Positions 20,274-30,262 of a stretch of 64,000 nucleotides of DNA are shown here, piece by piece. This DNA is from an uncultured delta proteobacterium. Lineage in GTDB: Bacteria; Desulfobacterota; Binatia; UBA9968. Location of the stretch: the NCBI GenBank assembly GCA_963760795.1, contig CAVXEP010000029.1, positions 96,001 through 160,000 of the forward strand, given 5' to 3'. The notes under the pieces were generated by a model. The model ran no database searches. It was not told where the DNA came from and saw only the letters and a program-made list of their open reading frames with translations. Position 1 is the first letter of the stretch. Each line of letters opens with the position of its first letter. A program made the position numbers and the translations under genes.

Positions 20274-22673
20274 ATGATTCCTCAGAAATCGTTGCGCCTC
20301 GACTTGTTCGCTTTGCTCCTCTTGGCGATCTTTGTCGTAGGTTTTTGTCAGGATTTAGTATTTTGGGGTGAGGTGCCTTCTTACCGTGATTTGACTAACT
20401 ACTTCTATCCGCTTCGTTACAGCCTGTACGAAAGTTACCGTGCCGGAGAGCTGCCGCTGTGGGACCGTCGTTTTGCTCAAGGCTTTCCTAATCTTGCCGG
20501 GCTTCAATCAGGCGTGTTCTATCCTCCTCATTTAGTGTTCTTGGTACTTTCATTTTTTCAAGCTATTCGCGCACTTTTTATTTTCCATTTTTTCATTGCA
20601 GTGATTGGCACATATTGTCTATTGCGTAATTGGAACTATACGCGCGACTTGGCGATCATTGGCGCCTTACTCTTCACGCTAGGCGGTGTGACGGTTTCGC
20701 TCACTAATCTGCTCAATCATTTTCAAAGCGCGGTGTGGCTACCCTGGCTGATCTTGGTGTGGGAACGTCTGCTGATTCGGCCCCGCTGGAGTGCCTTTCT
20801 TTCATTCGTATTTGTTGCTGCGCTGCAACTGCTTGCAGGCTCCCCGGAACTGTATGCCATGAGTATGGGGTTAGTGTTACTTCATGCTGTCTGGATTCGT
20901 GACTCACGAACAGAAGTATCCTACGGCAGAATCGTCGGTCTTCTTTTGGCGGGTAACGTTGTCCTGCTATCGGCTATTATGGCCCAGGCTCTACCAACTT
21001 TCGAACTGCTGATGCAATCACGAAGAGGCCTCTCAATACCTCAGTCTGAAGCGCTGATGTGGTCCTTCGAGCCATCAAGCCTTTTGAATCTGTTTTTTCT
21101 AGACAAGGAGGTTGAGCCCGAGATTTCGGCCGGGGTGCGATTATATTTTACGCGGAAGGTTCCATTTCTACTCAGCAGCTACTTGGGGATAGCGGTGCTA
21201 TTCGGAGTTGCGCTTTGGCTTTGCTACGGGAGTCGACGGGAAAAACTTATTTTAACGGGTCTTAGCTTGGGCACACTAGCCTTGGCATTGGGTAGTAACG
21301 CGCTTCTTTATCCCTTCATACTTAAACACGTTCCGGCATTAACAGCCGTTCGTTTTCCCGAAAAATTATTCTTTTTAACAAATGCATTGCTGTTATTCAT
21401 GGCAATGCGAGGACTTCAGGCTTTTTCACTCGACCGAAAGAAAACAACTATTGGGCCGACAATTGTCATGGGCGTCATCTGTATTCTATGGGCAAGCGCG
21501 TATATTATCTCGGTTGCCAAATCGGAGCTCGTATCTGACTTCATTGCGCTGGCAAGTAATATACCGCCGCTTTCGGAAGCCCATGCAAAAGCCTCAGCTT
21601 CAGTATTAGCCAATCTACAACGACAGCTACTGCTCTCGCTAGCGCTAGCTTTTCTCTTAACTCTTACCAGAACGCAATATCTTAAGCCGACGTTTTGTTC
21701 AATCCTTCTTGTCTCGATTGTATTCGTCGATCTGACATGGGCGCACCGAAGCTTCCTGTTCACTCTTCACCCCAATAAAGTCAGTGCGAGTCCACCGGTT
21801 TTGCAGCCATCCGAAGCCGGTTCAACGAGATGGTTTTTCTATCCTGCTCCCCAGGACCTTCACCCGGCGTTTTTTACCGTATGGGGGCGACCTACGTATC
21901 GAGACGGAGTAGCGTTATCATATCAAAATTACTTGCCAAACGTCGGCGTACTCAGCGGAATCGAATATTTTCAGGAAATTGACGCGCTGCTTCGTAAACC
22001 TTATTCGGAATTTCTAAGTGTGGCGAACAGCATGAAATTCCAGAATCAGATCAAGTTATTACGGACGTTTAACGTTGGATATATCGTAAGTTTTCGCGAG
22101 CTGCCAGAGCAGGGCGTGCGACTGATTCGTCGCTTTCCAGAGTATTTCTCGTGGCTCTACAAAGTGGATAATACGATACCGCGGGTCGTGATCGTGCCGA
22201 GGTATACTGTGGAAAAAGAGCCAGCCAAGATCCTGCAACGCCTAGCATCCGCAGATTTTGATCCTGATAAAGAAGTAATACTGAGTGAACTTGTGACACC
22301 CAGGCCTTTAGCGATATTGAAAGCGCAAGCGAAGATCACAAGCTATAAGAACAGCCGGGTGACAATACAAGCAACGACTAATGAAGCTGGCATTCTCATC
22401 CTCGCAGATTCTTATTATCCTGGATGGAAAGCTTATGTTGATGGTAGCGAAACAACGCTTTTGCGGGCCAATCACTTTTACCGAGCTGTGGAAGTCTCGA
22501 AAGGTAATCATAAAGTGGAATTCCTCTACGATCCCTTGTCATTTAGAGTCGGTATGATTGTTTCATCAGCCACTCTTCTTATACTCGGATTTGTGTCATT
22601 ATTACTGTTTCTGCGACGACGCCCAGGTTTTGTACGAGCGCCCGCAGCAGAATTGGACCTCGCCAAATTCTAA
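20274..22673 (+). CDS. YfhO-family multi-pass membrane protein (GT-C glycosyltransferase-like)
   Basis: RD...YFYP, GELPLWD....G.P, FYPP, RFPEK and C-terminal LILADSYYPGWKAYVDG...GNHKVEFLYDP.SF; start set at MIPQKS. Confidence 0.8.
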   Translation: MIPQKSLRLDLFALLLLAIFVVGFCQDLVFWGEVPSYRDLTNYFYPLRYSLYESYRAGELPLWDRRFAQGFPNLAGLQSGVFYPPHLVFLVLSFFQAIRALFIFHFFIAVIGTYCLLRNWNYTRDLAIIGALLFTLGGVTVSLTNLLNHFQSAVWLPWLILVWERLLIRPRWSAFLSFVFVAALQLLAGSPELYAMSMGLVLLHAVWIRDSRTEVSYGRIVGLLLAGNVVLLSAIMAQALPTFELLMQSRRGLSIPQSEALMWSFEPSSLLNLFFLDKEVEPEISAGVRLYFTRKVPFLLSSYLGIAVLFGVALWLCYGSRREKLILTGLSLGTLALALGSNALLYPFILKHVPALTAVRFPEKLFFLTNALLLFMAMRGLQAFSLDRKKTTIGPTIVMGVICILWASAYIISVAKSELVSDFIALASNIPPLSEAHAKASASVLANLQRQLLLSLALAFLLTLTRTQYLKPTFCSILLVSIVFVDLTWAHRSFLFTLHPNKVSASPPVLQPSEAGSTRWFFYPAPQDLHPAFFTVWGRPTYRDGVALSYQNYLPNVGVLSGIEYFQEIDALLRKPYSEFLSVANSMKFQNQIKLLRTFNVGYIVSFRELPEQGVRLIRRFPEYFSWLYKVDNTIPRVVIVPRYTVEKEPAKILQRLASADFDPDKEVILSELVTPRPLAILKAQAKITSYKNSRVTIQATTNEAGILILADSYYPGWKAYVDGSETTLLRANHFYRAVEVSKGNHKVEFLYDPLSFRVGMIVSSATLLILGFVSLLLFLRRRPGFVRAPAAELDLAKF

Positions 22674-22699
22674 GTCGTAGTCCCTGTTGTCGTTGCATT

Positions 22700-23200
22700 G
22701 AGATGACTATTGCAGCCCGCGCGGGCCGAGGTGCTTCGATGGTCCTGGGCGTGTGGGTCTGCTACTAACGTTCTTTGTTCTTATTTCTCTCACCTGTTGC
22801 TTCGAAAAATCGCCGATGATCGATTAGAGTTTTCGTCTCATGGCTGGATATTCTCATCTTAGGTGGAGCGATCGCAGGATTAATCCGAAACCTCCGCCGC
22901 CAGCAAAAGCTCTGGCGGCTTTGCCTCTTCTTTTCTTAAATATCGACGATAGCAGTCACAGGGGCAAGAGAGAGATTTGGTGCTGGCACATAGAAGGTAT
23001 GGTTGACGCTTGGCAAATCGGTGGCTGTTTTTGAAGAACCCTGCTGAAACGATCTTTTTTCCGCTAAGCTCAAAATGGTCGTGCTTAACATGTTTCTCGG
23101 GGTTGTCGTGTTTTTTTTGGGCCCGGGATATTTAATGAGTCATCCCTTCTCACAAAAGTTTCTGACCTTAATCGAAACAGTCATTTGTTACCAGAAGCTT
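22700..23200 (+). pseudogene. Decayed GT39/ArnT-like glycosyltransferase N-terminal remnant
   Basis: Fragment AGYSHLRWSDRRINPKPPPPAKALAALPLL resembles the AGY....D.R.NPEHPPL.K.LAALPL motif; stops and frameshifts surround it; boundaries approximate. Confidence 0.55.
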
Positions 23201-23584
23201 GGCCCAAGCATGGTGTCAACGCCCACTCCCTCTAATCATTTTGTCTAATCCCTCGAACGCTGATTTAGCGCAGTAGCGGCCGTCTCCGTTGCGGCAGCAA
23301 CCTTAATCGTACTCAAACTATTAACAGTTAAGAACCGGATCAGTTCTGGCGTTCGTAGGGCAGTTGTCATGCCGCAATACCGCTGGAGGCTCGCCAAAGT
23401 TCATGTCGTCGATGTTAGAATCGCCTCAGTCGTTGCTCACCGATGACAGGGCTGGCACCCATGTCATTCGATGAGAATCATTAAGTCAATCTTCCCCAGC
23501 TTCAACAAGTTGGCTATATCCAGCCGGCGATGAATGGCGCTGGGAACTAAAACAACTTACAATCTCATAGATATGGAGGCACTC

Positions 23585-24004
23585 ATGATACAAAAACTTC
23601 TTGCGGTGTCACTAACCACATTGTTACTTTTCTCCTCAACGATGGTTTTTGCCCAAGCTTTCGGTGATTATGGCAGAGTGGTTGGGGGTCTTTCTCAGGG
23701 GCAAGGGGTAGCCGGACCCAGAGCTCCGGATAGCGCGCCACGAGGCGGTTCTGAAGCCGGTGGTGTGAGTGATGCTAAGGGTAAAGCAGTCCCCAGTCGT
23801 CTCGTGGTGGCGGCTACAGCGGCTGGCCTCTATCCCAAACAAGACGATGAATCAGAACAATTCGCCCAACTCGCCCGGGGTGAAATTCTTGTCCCAATGG
23901 GCCAAAGCAGCGGTGGCAATGACTGGTATATGGTCAGGACTCAGCAGGGCATGATCGGCTGGGTTAAGTCAGCCGACGTGAGAGAAGAGAAAGTCAAGAA
24001 CTAG
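23585..24004 (+). CDS. Exported protein with C-terminal bacterial SH3-like domain
   Basis: Signal peptide ending VFA|QA; C-terminal L..GE.L......WY.V....G..GWV pattern; GGAGG RBS. Confidence 0.75.
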   Translation: MIQKLLAVSLTTLLLFSSTMVFAQAFGDYGRVVGGLSQGQGVAGPRAPDSAPRGGSEAGGVSDAKGKAVPSRLVVAATAAGLYPKQDDESEQFAQLARGEILVPMGQSSGGNDWYMVRTQQGMIGWVKSADVREEKVKN

Positions 24005-24231
24005 TCTTTGCGATTCCGCGCGTTGACTCCATTGTTGTGTTTCGACACTTCCGGCGAATAATCAAGCAAGCCGCCCGAGTGTTGAGTCTAAAGTGAGAAG
24101 CAGGCAGTTACGCCTACCTAGACTCGCGCTCTCCGCTCCTGAGTTTTCTCTGAGATTTCATTCAACTACGCGATTGTTTCCGACCACTGGGTGGGTGCGG
24201 AGCGGCACCGAAGCTGCTCAACCACCAAGCC

Positions 24232-24390
24232 ATGGCATTCCCGATTGCTAAATCCAAAAAAATTCTCATCCCGGATGTTCCGCCGCCGACCACTCGTAAA
24301 TCGGAACCAGGGCTGGTCATTGCCGGGATTGGAATTTTATGCGGGTCGGTGGTGATCGCGGCGATGCTGTTCGTCTTTCTCGGCGCGTAA
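24232..24390 (+). CDS. 52-aa small protein with C-terminal transmembrane helix
   Basis: Own translation MAFPIAKSKKILIPDVPPPTTRKSEPGLVIAGIGILCGSVVIAAMLFVFLGA*. Confidence 0.45.
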   Translation: MAFPIAKSKKILIPDVPPPTTRKSEPGLVIAGIGILCGSVVIAAMLFVFLGA

Positions 24391-24573
24391 GTCACCAGCA
24401 AGGAAAGAGTTATCGATGATAGGTCTATTTAGGGTCGTCCCACTAGTGACACTTCTCGTACTGGTTGTCTAAACTCAAATAACCGCACGCCGCGGAATTG
24501 TTAACCTGTCGGTTTGTCGGAGGGGACGGGGTAGCTCTCGGCAGAATTTCACCGTTCGCTAATAAGGAATAAG

Positions 24574-25950
24574 TGAACAACTGCCACCTGATGTCGAACA
24601 CCTAAGTGCCATATGATGTCGAACAGCTCTGCTAGGGTCGGTGAAAACACTGATGAAGGACAACCGACCATGGTTAAAAACATTCTACGGTCGAAAGACG
24701 TAAAGCGATGGTGAGTGCGGTCCGTCAGGGAGAATCGTTGCGCCGGGTAGCTCGACGCTTTCGCGTGAGCGTTTCCACGGTGCACTATTGGGTCGAGCGG
24801 AGTGAGGGAAGAAGACTGAGCAGGGTCGACTGGCAGGATCGGTCCCATCGACCCCGCAACATTCGCCGGACCAAGCGAAGCGTTGAGAACTTGATTGTTA
24901 AAGTACGGACTCAGCTCAAGGACCGTAGCGTCCTAGGCGAATACGGAGCGCAAGCCATTCAGCGAGAATTGGTCGCAAGCGGGGCAACCGGGGTTCCCGC
25001 ACTGCGCACCATCGGGCGCATTTTGGAGCGGCGTGGTGCATTGGATGGTCGGTATCGAAGACGCCATCCACCGCCGCCAGCCGGCTGGTACTTGCCCGAT
25101 GTCGCAGCGCGAAGAAGCGAGTGGGATAGCTTCGATGTCGTCGAGGGATTGGTCATCGAAGGTGGAATTGGAGTTGAGGTTCTCAATGCCGTGTCGCTGC
25201 ACGGAGGATTGGTTGCCTCTTGGCCCGATCGCACCATCTTGGCTCATACGGTGGTCCAATCCTTGGTTGAACACTGGCGAACCTTTGGGCTGCCAGCCTT
25301 TGTCCAATTTGACAACGACACTCGTTTTCAAGGCGCTTCATCAGTTTAAGGACACCATTGGAAGAGTCATCCGCCTTTGCCTGAGCCTAGGAGTGACCGC
25401 AGTCTTTGCTCCGCCACGGGAAACCGGCTTCCAAGCCGCAGTCGAAAGCTTCAACGCTCGCTGGCAAGCCAACGTTTGGCAGCGCTTCCATTTCGACTCC
25501 CTTGCGGACTTGCAGTCTCAGTCCGCTAAGTATTCGGTCGCCTACCGTCAACGTGCTCGATTGCGTATCGAGGCCGCGCCCCGCAGACGCTTGTTTCCTC
25601 GCTCTTGGAAGCTCAATCTCCAAGCTCAGCTGATCGGCTGCATTATTTACCTGCGCAGAACCGATGCTCACGGTCGCGTGAGCCTGCTCGGTCACTCCGT
25701 TATGGTCAACCGTTCTTGGCCTCACCGTTTGGTCCGAGCCCATGTTGATCTCACCGCTCACCAGATCCGCTTCTACGCACTTCGACGTCGTGAACCCAAC
25801 TGGCATCCGCTCTTGAAAACCGTCGCTTATCACTTCCCCGAAAGGAAATTCATCGATGTACGAAAATCTTGACATAATTAGCTGTTCGACATCCTGTGGC
25901 ACGTACACGATTTAGGATTAAAGTGTTCGACATCAACTGACATGTGTCTA
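24574..25950 (+). mobile_element. Insertion sequence (about 1.38 kb, IS481/ISNCY-like) with imperfect terminal IRs and 5-bp target duplication
   Basis: Left end TGAACAACTGCCACCTGATGTCGAACAC and reverse complement of right end TAGACACATGTCAGTTGATGTCGAACAC; ATAAG at 24569-24573 and 25951-25955; GATGTCGAACA motif twice at each end. Confidence 0.85.
24708..25872 (+). pseudogene. DDE transposase with HTH, +1 frameshift near 25338
   Basis: HTH (SLRRVARRFRVSVSTVHYW), D..D, QFDND, QAAVESFN; the two ORFs join if one T is removed from GCTTCAT. Confidence 0.8.
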
Positions 25951-26015
25951 ATAAGTTTTTAGATTAAGTCGGCGGGGGTTCCGATTTGCCGCTTGATAAA
26001 CACGAGATCTTAGTC

Positions 26016-26435
26016 TCAAGCGACGGTCAGGCGCTTTAATATGGAGTCGTTGCCGATGACGTGAAACTCCATGTAGTCGATCAACCCACGAGCGACAACA
26101 AAATAACGCTGCAACTGTTCGGCGGAGGACTGTTGCACCGGCGCGGGGCTTTTTGTCGCGCGAAATGATTGAACCTCTTGGACTAAACCGCGCAACGCCG
26201 GTGGTAATACGTCCCACACGCCGGTTGTCTGGCAAATCGACACTAGATTCTGATGGTCGAGCTGCCGGGGCACGCTGCCGTGATTCTCGACGAGTGCGGC
26301 TTTAATCGCTTTTTCAACGGCTTCTGCCAATTTGTCGAACTGTGCTGGGTTGGTCTTTCGATCTGGAGCGTTCTCCGACACTAATTTGATATGGTCGCGT
26401 GCTTCACGCAACCACGGCTCCGCAAATAATCCCAT
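26016..26435 (-). CDS. HEPN-domain protein
   Basis: W...A..H, A.EKAIKAAL and H.NL..I pattern of HEPN; AGGAGG RBS. Confidence 0.65.
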   Translation of the reverse strand: MGLFAEPWLREARDHIKLVSENAPDRKTNPAQFDKLAEAVEKAIKAALVENHGSVPRQLDHQNLVSICQTTGVWDVLPPALRGLVQEVQSFRATKSPAPVQQSSAEQLQRYFVVARGLIDYMEFHVIGNDSILKRLTVA

Positions 26436-26642
26436 AAACGCCTCCTAGAACGAACGACAAGTGGTTATGATAGGGTTCAAGCAAATATTTTACAAGTAAT
26501 TGTTTACCTAGCCGGCGCCATAAACAGAGCTGCATCGGGACAAATAATGGTACTGATTCAGGATCCGTCGCTCAAGACCGTAGGTCATTGTCGATCTAGG
26601 ATCAATTGGAGCGTTTCTGGTCATTCAAGAATTGCGTGCCAT

Positions 26643-26676
26643 AAAAAAAGCCCCCGAGCTTTCGCTCAGGGGCTTT
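26643..26676 (-). terminator. Rho-independent terminator downstream of the aldolase gene
   Basis: AAAGCCCC-GAGC-TTTC-GCTC-GGGGCTTT hairpin, with a T7 tail on the minus strand. Confidence 0.8.
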
Positions 26677-26705
26677 AATTTCTGTTTCAGCGCTACTGTT
26701 TATCG

Positions 26706-27665
26706 CTATGCTGCGGAGCGTGACCGTGCGGCCTCCACTAACGGGCGGTATTTCTTGTTAAGTTCCATCCAATGGGCCGCGCGCTTATGTGCTTTGTCTA
26801 GCTCGGCTTCGGGGAACGTTACGAACGGAACTCGGGTCGGCCCGACTTTACAGTAGTCCGCGAATTCCGCCGGCCGCTTATTTCCCGCTCCCGGAACCGG
26901 CTTGCCAGCACCGACGCCACCCAAGTCTTCGATCACTTCCATCATCTTGGCCACGTCGCCTTTGCGGGCTTGCTCCAAGAGGTAGAGGATCGGCCAAGGT
27001 CCCATCCACACTTCTGTGGACCAGCAACCGGCGGCACCCATGGCGTAGTAGGGGTAGAGCTGCGTCTGATTGACGAACACGCTAATCTTTCCCCGGACAA
27101 TTTTCTGTAAATTCATGAATGCTTGAGTCGTGCGATGGCTGTCTTTCATGCCAATGATGTTTGACTTCTTAACCAATTCTCTGAATGCCGCCACTGGAAT
27201 CGTGAATTTATGATTGCCAGGGTTGTGATAAATTACGATGTTCAATGTCGGGAAAAGGTCGGCGATGTCATGATAGAACTTCACCGCGTCCTGGACATGC
27301 AAAGTTTCGTAATAAGGTACGCCTAGCAAAACACCTTCCGCTCCCAGATCCTTTACAAAGTTCATTTTCTGGATGACTTCGCGGGGATTGGGGCTGGTTA
27401 CACCAATAAACAGCGGCACGCGTTTTTTAACAGCATCGACGGTGGCAACGGCCAAGGTCTTAAATTCATCGAACAGTAAGTTGTAGCATTCGCCATAGGT
27501 ACCGGTGGTGGCGATATTGTTGACGCCGTCTTTGATGATCTTGTCGACGCCTTCTTTCAAATTATCCACCGCAATGGTTTGCGTGGCACGTAAATCGGTT
27601 GCATCCACGGTGGCGAAGGCGGGCATCATGCCCAATACGCCGTTGAACTCATTCGCTGTGATCAT
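26706..27665 (-). CDS. DHDPS/NAL-family hydratase-aldolase, NahE/PhdJ-like
   Basis: N-terminus like NahE (MP..AT.DA.D.R), GTYGEC, YHNP...KF and Schiff-base Lys in IGMKDS. Confidence 0.75.
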   Translation of the reverse strand: MITANEFNGVLGMMPAFATVDATDLRATQTIAVDNLKEGVDKIIKDGVNNIATTGTYGECYNLLFDEFKTLAVATVDAVKKRVPLFIGVTSPNPREVIQKMNFVKDLGAEGVLLGVPYYETLHVQDAVKFYHDIADLFPTLNIVIYHNPGNHKFTIPVAAFRELVKKSNIIGMKDSHRTTQAFMNLQKIVRGKISVFVNQTQLYPYYAMGAAGCWSTEVWMGPWPILYLLEQARKGDVAKMMEVIEDLGGVGAGKPVPGAGNKRPAEFADYCKVGPTRVPFVTFPEAELDKAHKRAAHWMELNKKYRPLVEAARSRSAA

Positions 27666-27899
27666 TGTATTACCTCCTGAGATTTATTGTAGATTTAGGG
27701 TCTTTGCGACGACACTCTTGTGAAGCCGCGCCCTAGTTTCTTTCCGCCTTGTTAACAGTTCTTCAAACAAATTGTCAAACGACCCTCGCTACCTGCTTTT
27801 CAATCTCTCTGGGGTTACTTGTCCGCAGCTCGCTTCGATTGTTTGATCCGTTCGATCTGATACCCCGCTGCTTGCGGTGGGTATTCGCAATGGAAAGAC

Positions 27900-27975
<76 letters not shown>

Positions 27976-27995
27976 TTATCTGTGAAATCAACAAC

Positions 27996-28312
27996 CTAAC
28001 CCTCATGCTTGGTGAGGGGAGAAACAGGTGCTGTGAATTGCGTTGTGAAATGATGGGCAATTTTCTCGACCGCTTCTGATTTATGATTTGGGCCCAAGTG
28101 CGCGTATCGTTGTAACATCTCAAGCTCTTTCCACCCCCAAGTTCCTGGATCGTTCGCATATCCACTCCAGCCACAGCTGATCTGCTGGCAAATGTATGGC
28201 GCAGAATATGGAGAGCAATATTGGATAATTTAGCATGCTTCCAAACAGTTTTAAACGCTGAGCGAATTCTCTCAAAGCGCGAGCTATCATGTATAAGAAA
28301 ACATGTTCCCAT
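27996..28312 (-). pseudogene. Tyrosine recombinase/integrase C-terminal remnant
   Basis: LHILRHTFAS...GVD.RTIQELGG.KSL, then after a frameshift MLQRYAHLGPNHKSEAVEKIA; N-terminal part missing. Confidence 0.85.
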
Positions 28313-28721
28313 CCAGCTGTTCGAGCCCAGGGTCGATGCACCGCCGAACTTGAGCTGTAAGATCGTGCTAATCCAGGCGTAGCGGCAAATCCGGGGTCCA
28401 AACTGCAGTCTGGCTAGACTAGATGCGTTAGTATTTTTCTGAGAGCGTTACTTGGAATTCAGACTACTTCTTTGTGTCTTTCAAGATTTCATTCAGAAGC
28501 TTGCGAATCGGTTCCATTTCACTCCACTCGGGACGGCTATCGATGTCCGTGTACTTTTCGCCTGGTTTGCGTCTGACATCGGGTATTTACCTATGAAAAA
28601 TCACCGGTTGAAACAAAAGAACCATCACGGTTCGACGACGAATCGATGTACCTCACAGCTGGCCGGTACAAGTGGATGGAATTCAGTTCGTCACGCCGAA
28701 TGCGCTTGCGCTCGCAAGTTC

Positions 28722-28751
28722 TTGACACGAATAAACATGCGAGGGTAGTAT
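28722..28751 (+). promoter_or_regulatory. Putative sigma70 promoter
   Basis: TTGACA-N18-TAGTAT upstream of the hydrolase gene. Confidence 0.6.
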
Positions 28752-28819
28752 CGCCGAGACATTATCCTACGTTGTAAGACATCGGACAATTACTGGTATA
28801 GAAGTTGGAGGAGAAACAC

Positions 28820-29689
28820 ATGGCTTCGAAGGAATTGGACGCCATCGCGCCCTTTGAGAAATATTACGATGCCGCCGGCATTCGCACGCGTTGCTTTGAG
28901 AAGGGTGAAGGCAAGCCGCTCATCTTACTTCATGGTGGTGGCGGCCATGCTGAAACATGGGTCAGAAATATTCTACCGTTGTCACAAAAGTTTCGCGTTC
29001 TAGCCATTGATTATCTTGGTCACGGCTATACGGACAAACCCCATATCACTTACAACATCGATGCTTTCTCCAAGCATTTGATCGACTTCATGGATGCCGC
29101 CGGGATCACGAAAGCTCATCTGGTCGGCGAATCGCAGGGCGGGCAGATCAGCGTGTTGACTACCTACAGACACCCGGAACGGGTTGACAAACTGGGGCTC
29201 ATCGTCGGCGGTATTCCCTCCAACGAACATGGTTACATGGCGGGGCAGAACCGACTGCAAGACTTGAGCCGTGATGCCACCGAGAAACCGACTAAGGAAA
29301 CGATTCGAAAACGCATGGAGTGGCTGTTTCACGATCCGAAAACGTTGCCGGACGAGTTGGTCGAAATCAGATTGAAAATCTACAGCAACCCAGATTTTCA
29401 GCGCGTGTCCAAAAGCGGCGATCGCACGATCTATAATCTGATTGACAAGATTCCCAAGCTGCAAACACAAATCCTCTTTTTCTGGACCACCCATAATCCC
29501 ACCTGCCCTTGGCCGGTGGCGGACAAGGTTCACCAGTCAGTGCCGGGCTCGCGGTTTGTGCTCGTGGATAAATCGGGTCATTGGCCGCAGTACGAGAGGT
29601 ATGAAGAGTTCAATCGCGTACTTCTTGAGTTCTTTGACGATAGGCAAGATGAAGTTCTGATCGACACCTATCGAAAACGTTACTGGTAA
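28820..29689 (+). CDS. Alpha/beta hydrolase (meta-cleavage-product hydrolase-like)
   Basis: LLHGGGG, GESQGG nucleophile elbow, SGHWPQ.E; GGAGG RBS. Confidence 0.85.
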   Translation: MASKELDAIAPFEKYYDAAGIRTRCFEKGEGKPLILLHGGGGHAETWVRNILPLSQKFRVLAIDYLGHGYTDKPHITYNIDAFSKHLIDFMDAAGITKAHLVGESQGGQISVLTTYRHPERVDKLGLIVGGIPSNEHGYMAGQNRLQDLSRDATEKPTKETIRKRMEWLFHDPKTLPDELVEIRLKIYSNPDFQRVSKSGDRTIYNLIDKIPKLQTQILFFWTTHNPTCPWPVADKVHQSVPGSRFVLVDKSGHWPQYERYEEFNRVLLEFFDDRQDEVLIDTYRKRYW

Positions 29690-29744
29690 GACTCTGCAAT
29701 GGTACTGGTGTCATGTTTTTAAGTCACAACCGAGACGATCACCC

Positions 29745-29946
29745 AGACGATAAGAAGACCGCAAAGATTATTCTCGGCCGCGTTACTGTTGCTTTGCGCA
29801 GGCATCTCGCATGCCGGTGAAGCACGGCAAGCAGCCTCGGACGAGTGGGAAAAGATTTTAGCGGAGGCAAGCAGGCTGGGAAGGTGACTCTTGTAATCAA
29901 CCTGGGCACGCCGGAATTTCGCCAAGCGGTGACGACCGCTTTTGCC
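29745..29946 (+). pseudogene. N-terminal remnant of an ABC solute-binding protein
   Basis: LFSAALLLLCAGISHAGEARQAASDEWEKILAEA / KQAGKVTLVINLGTPEFRQAVTTAFA matches the W..I...AK.EG start of the intact paralogues; frameshifted and truncated. Confidence 0.7.
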
Positions 29947-29955
29947 CTCCCTGGG

Positions 29956-30035
29956 TGTCGCTGAACGCAACGAAGCATCTCGTCGTTTCTGCCGCTTATG
30001 AGGACGAGGTTCCTCGGCTTCGCCTCGGAATGACA
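29956..30035. repeat. REP-like imperfect inverted repeat pair
   Basis: TGTCGCTGAACGCAACGAAGCATCTCGTC ... GACGAGGTTCCTCGGCTTCGCCTCGGAATGACA. Confidence 0.6.
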
Positions 30036-30084
30036 TCATGACACAATCTCTCAAGCCGCTAGGCTGGCGACAACACTTTAGGAG

Positions 30085-30173
30085 CCCTTCGACGAAGCTC
30101 AGGCGAACGGATAAAAGCTTTATTTGTAATGTCTGACAACCGTTCGTGGTGAGCCCAGTCGAACCATGAACGG
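30085..30173. repeat. REP-like imperfect inverted repeat pair (second type)
   Basis: CCCTTCGACGAAGCTCAGGCGAACGG ... CCGTTCGTGGTGAGCCCAGTCGAACC. Confidence 0.65.
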
Positions 30174-30262
30174 GGTTTTCACACCGCCTGTTGAAGAGGA
30201 TGATCCCCTCCCGCGAACCCACAAAGTCTTTCCCTGCCTCAAGATGCGGCGGTTGTTTTAAA

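Noticed and set aside
23453-23470. TGGCAC as a possible sigma54 promoter before the SH3 gene
   Set aside because: No GC at the required -12 spacing.
24582-24630. Short direct repeats (TGATGTCGAACA) resembling a mini CRISPR array
   Set aside because: Only two copies, mirrored at the far end of the transposase; they are IS terminal motifs, and no cas genes are present.
28452-28748. 98-aa ORF beside the integrase remnant
   Set aside because: No RBS or motif, and it overlaps the predicted promoter; probably spurious.
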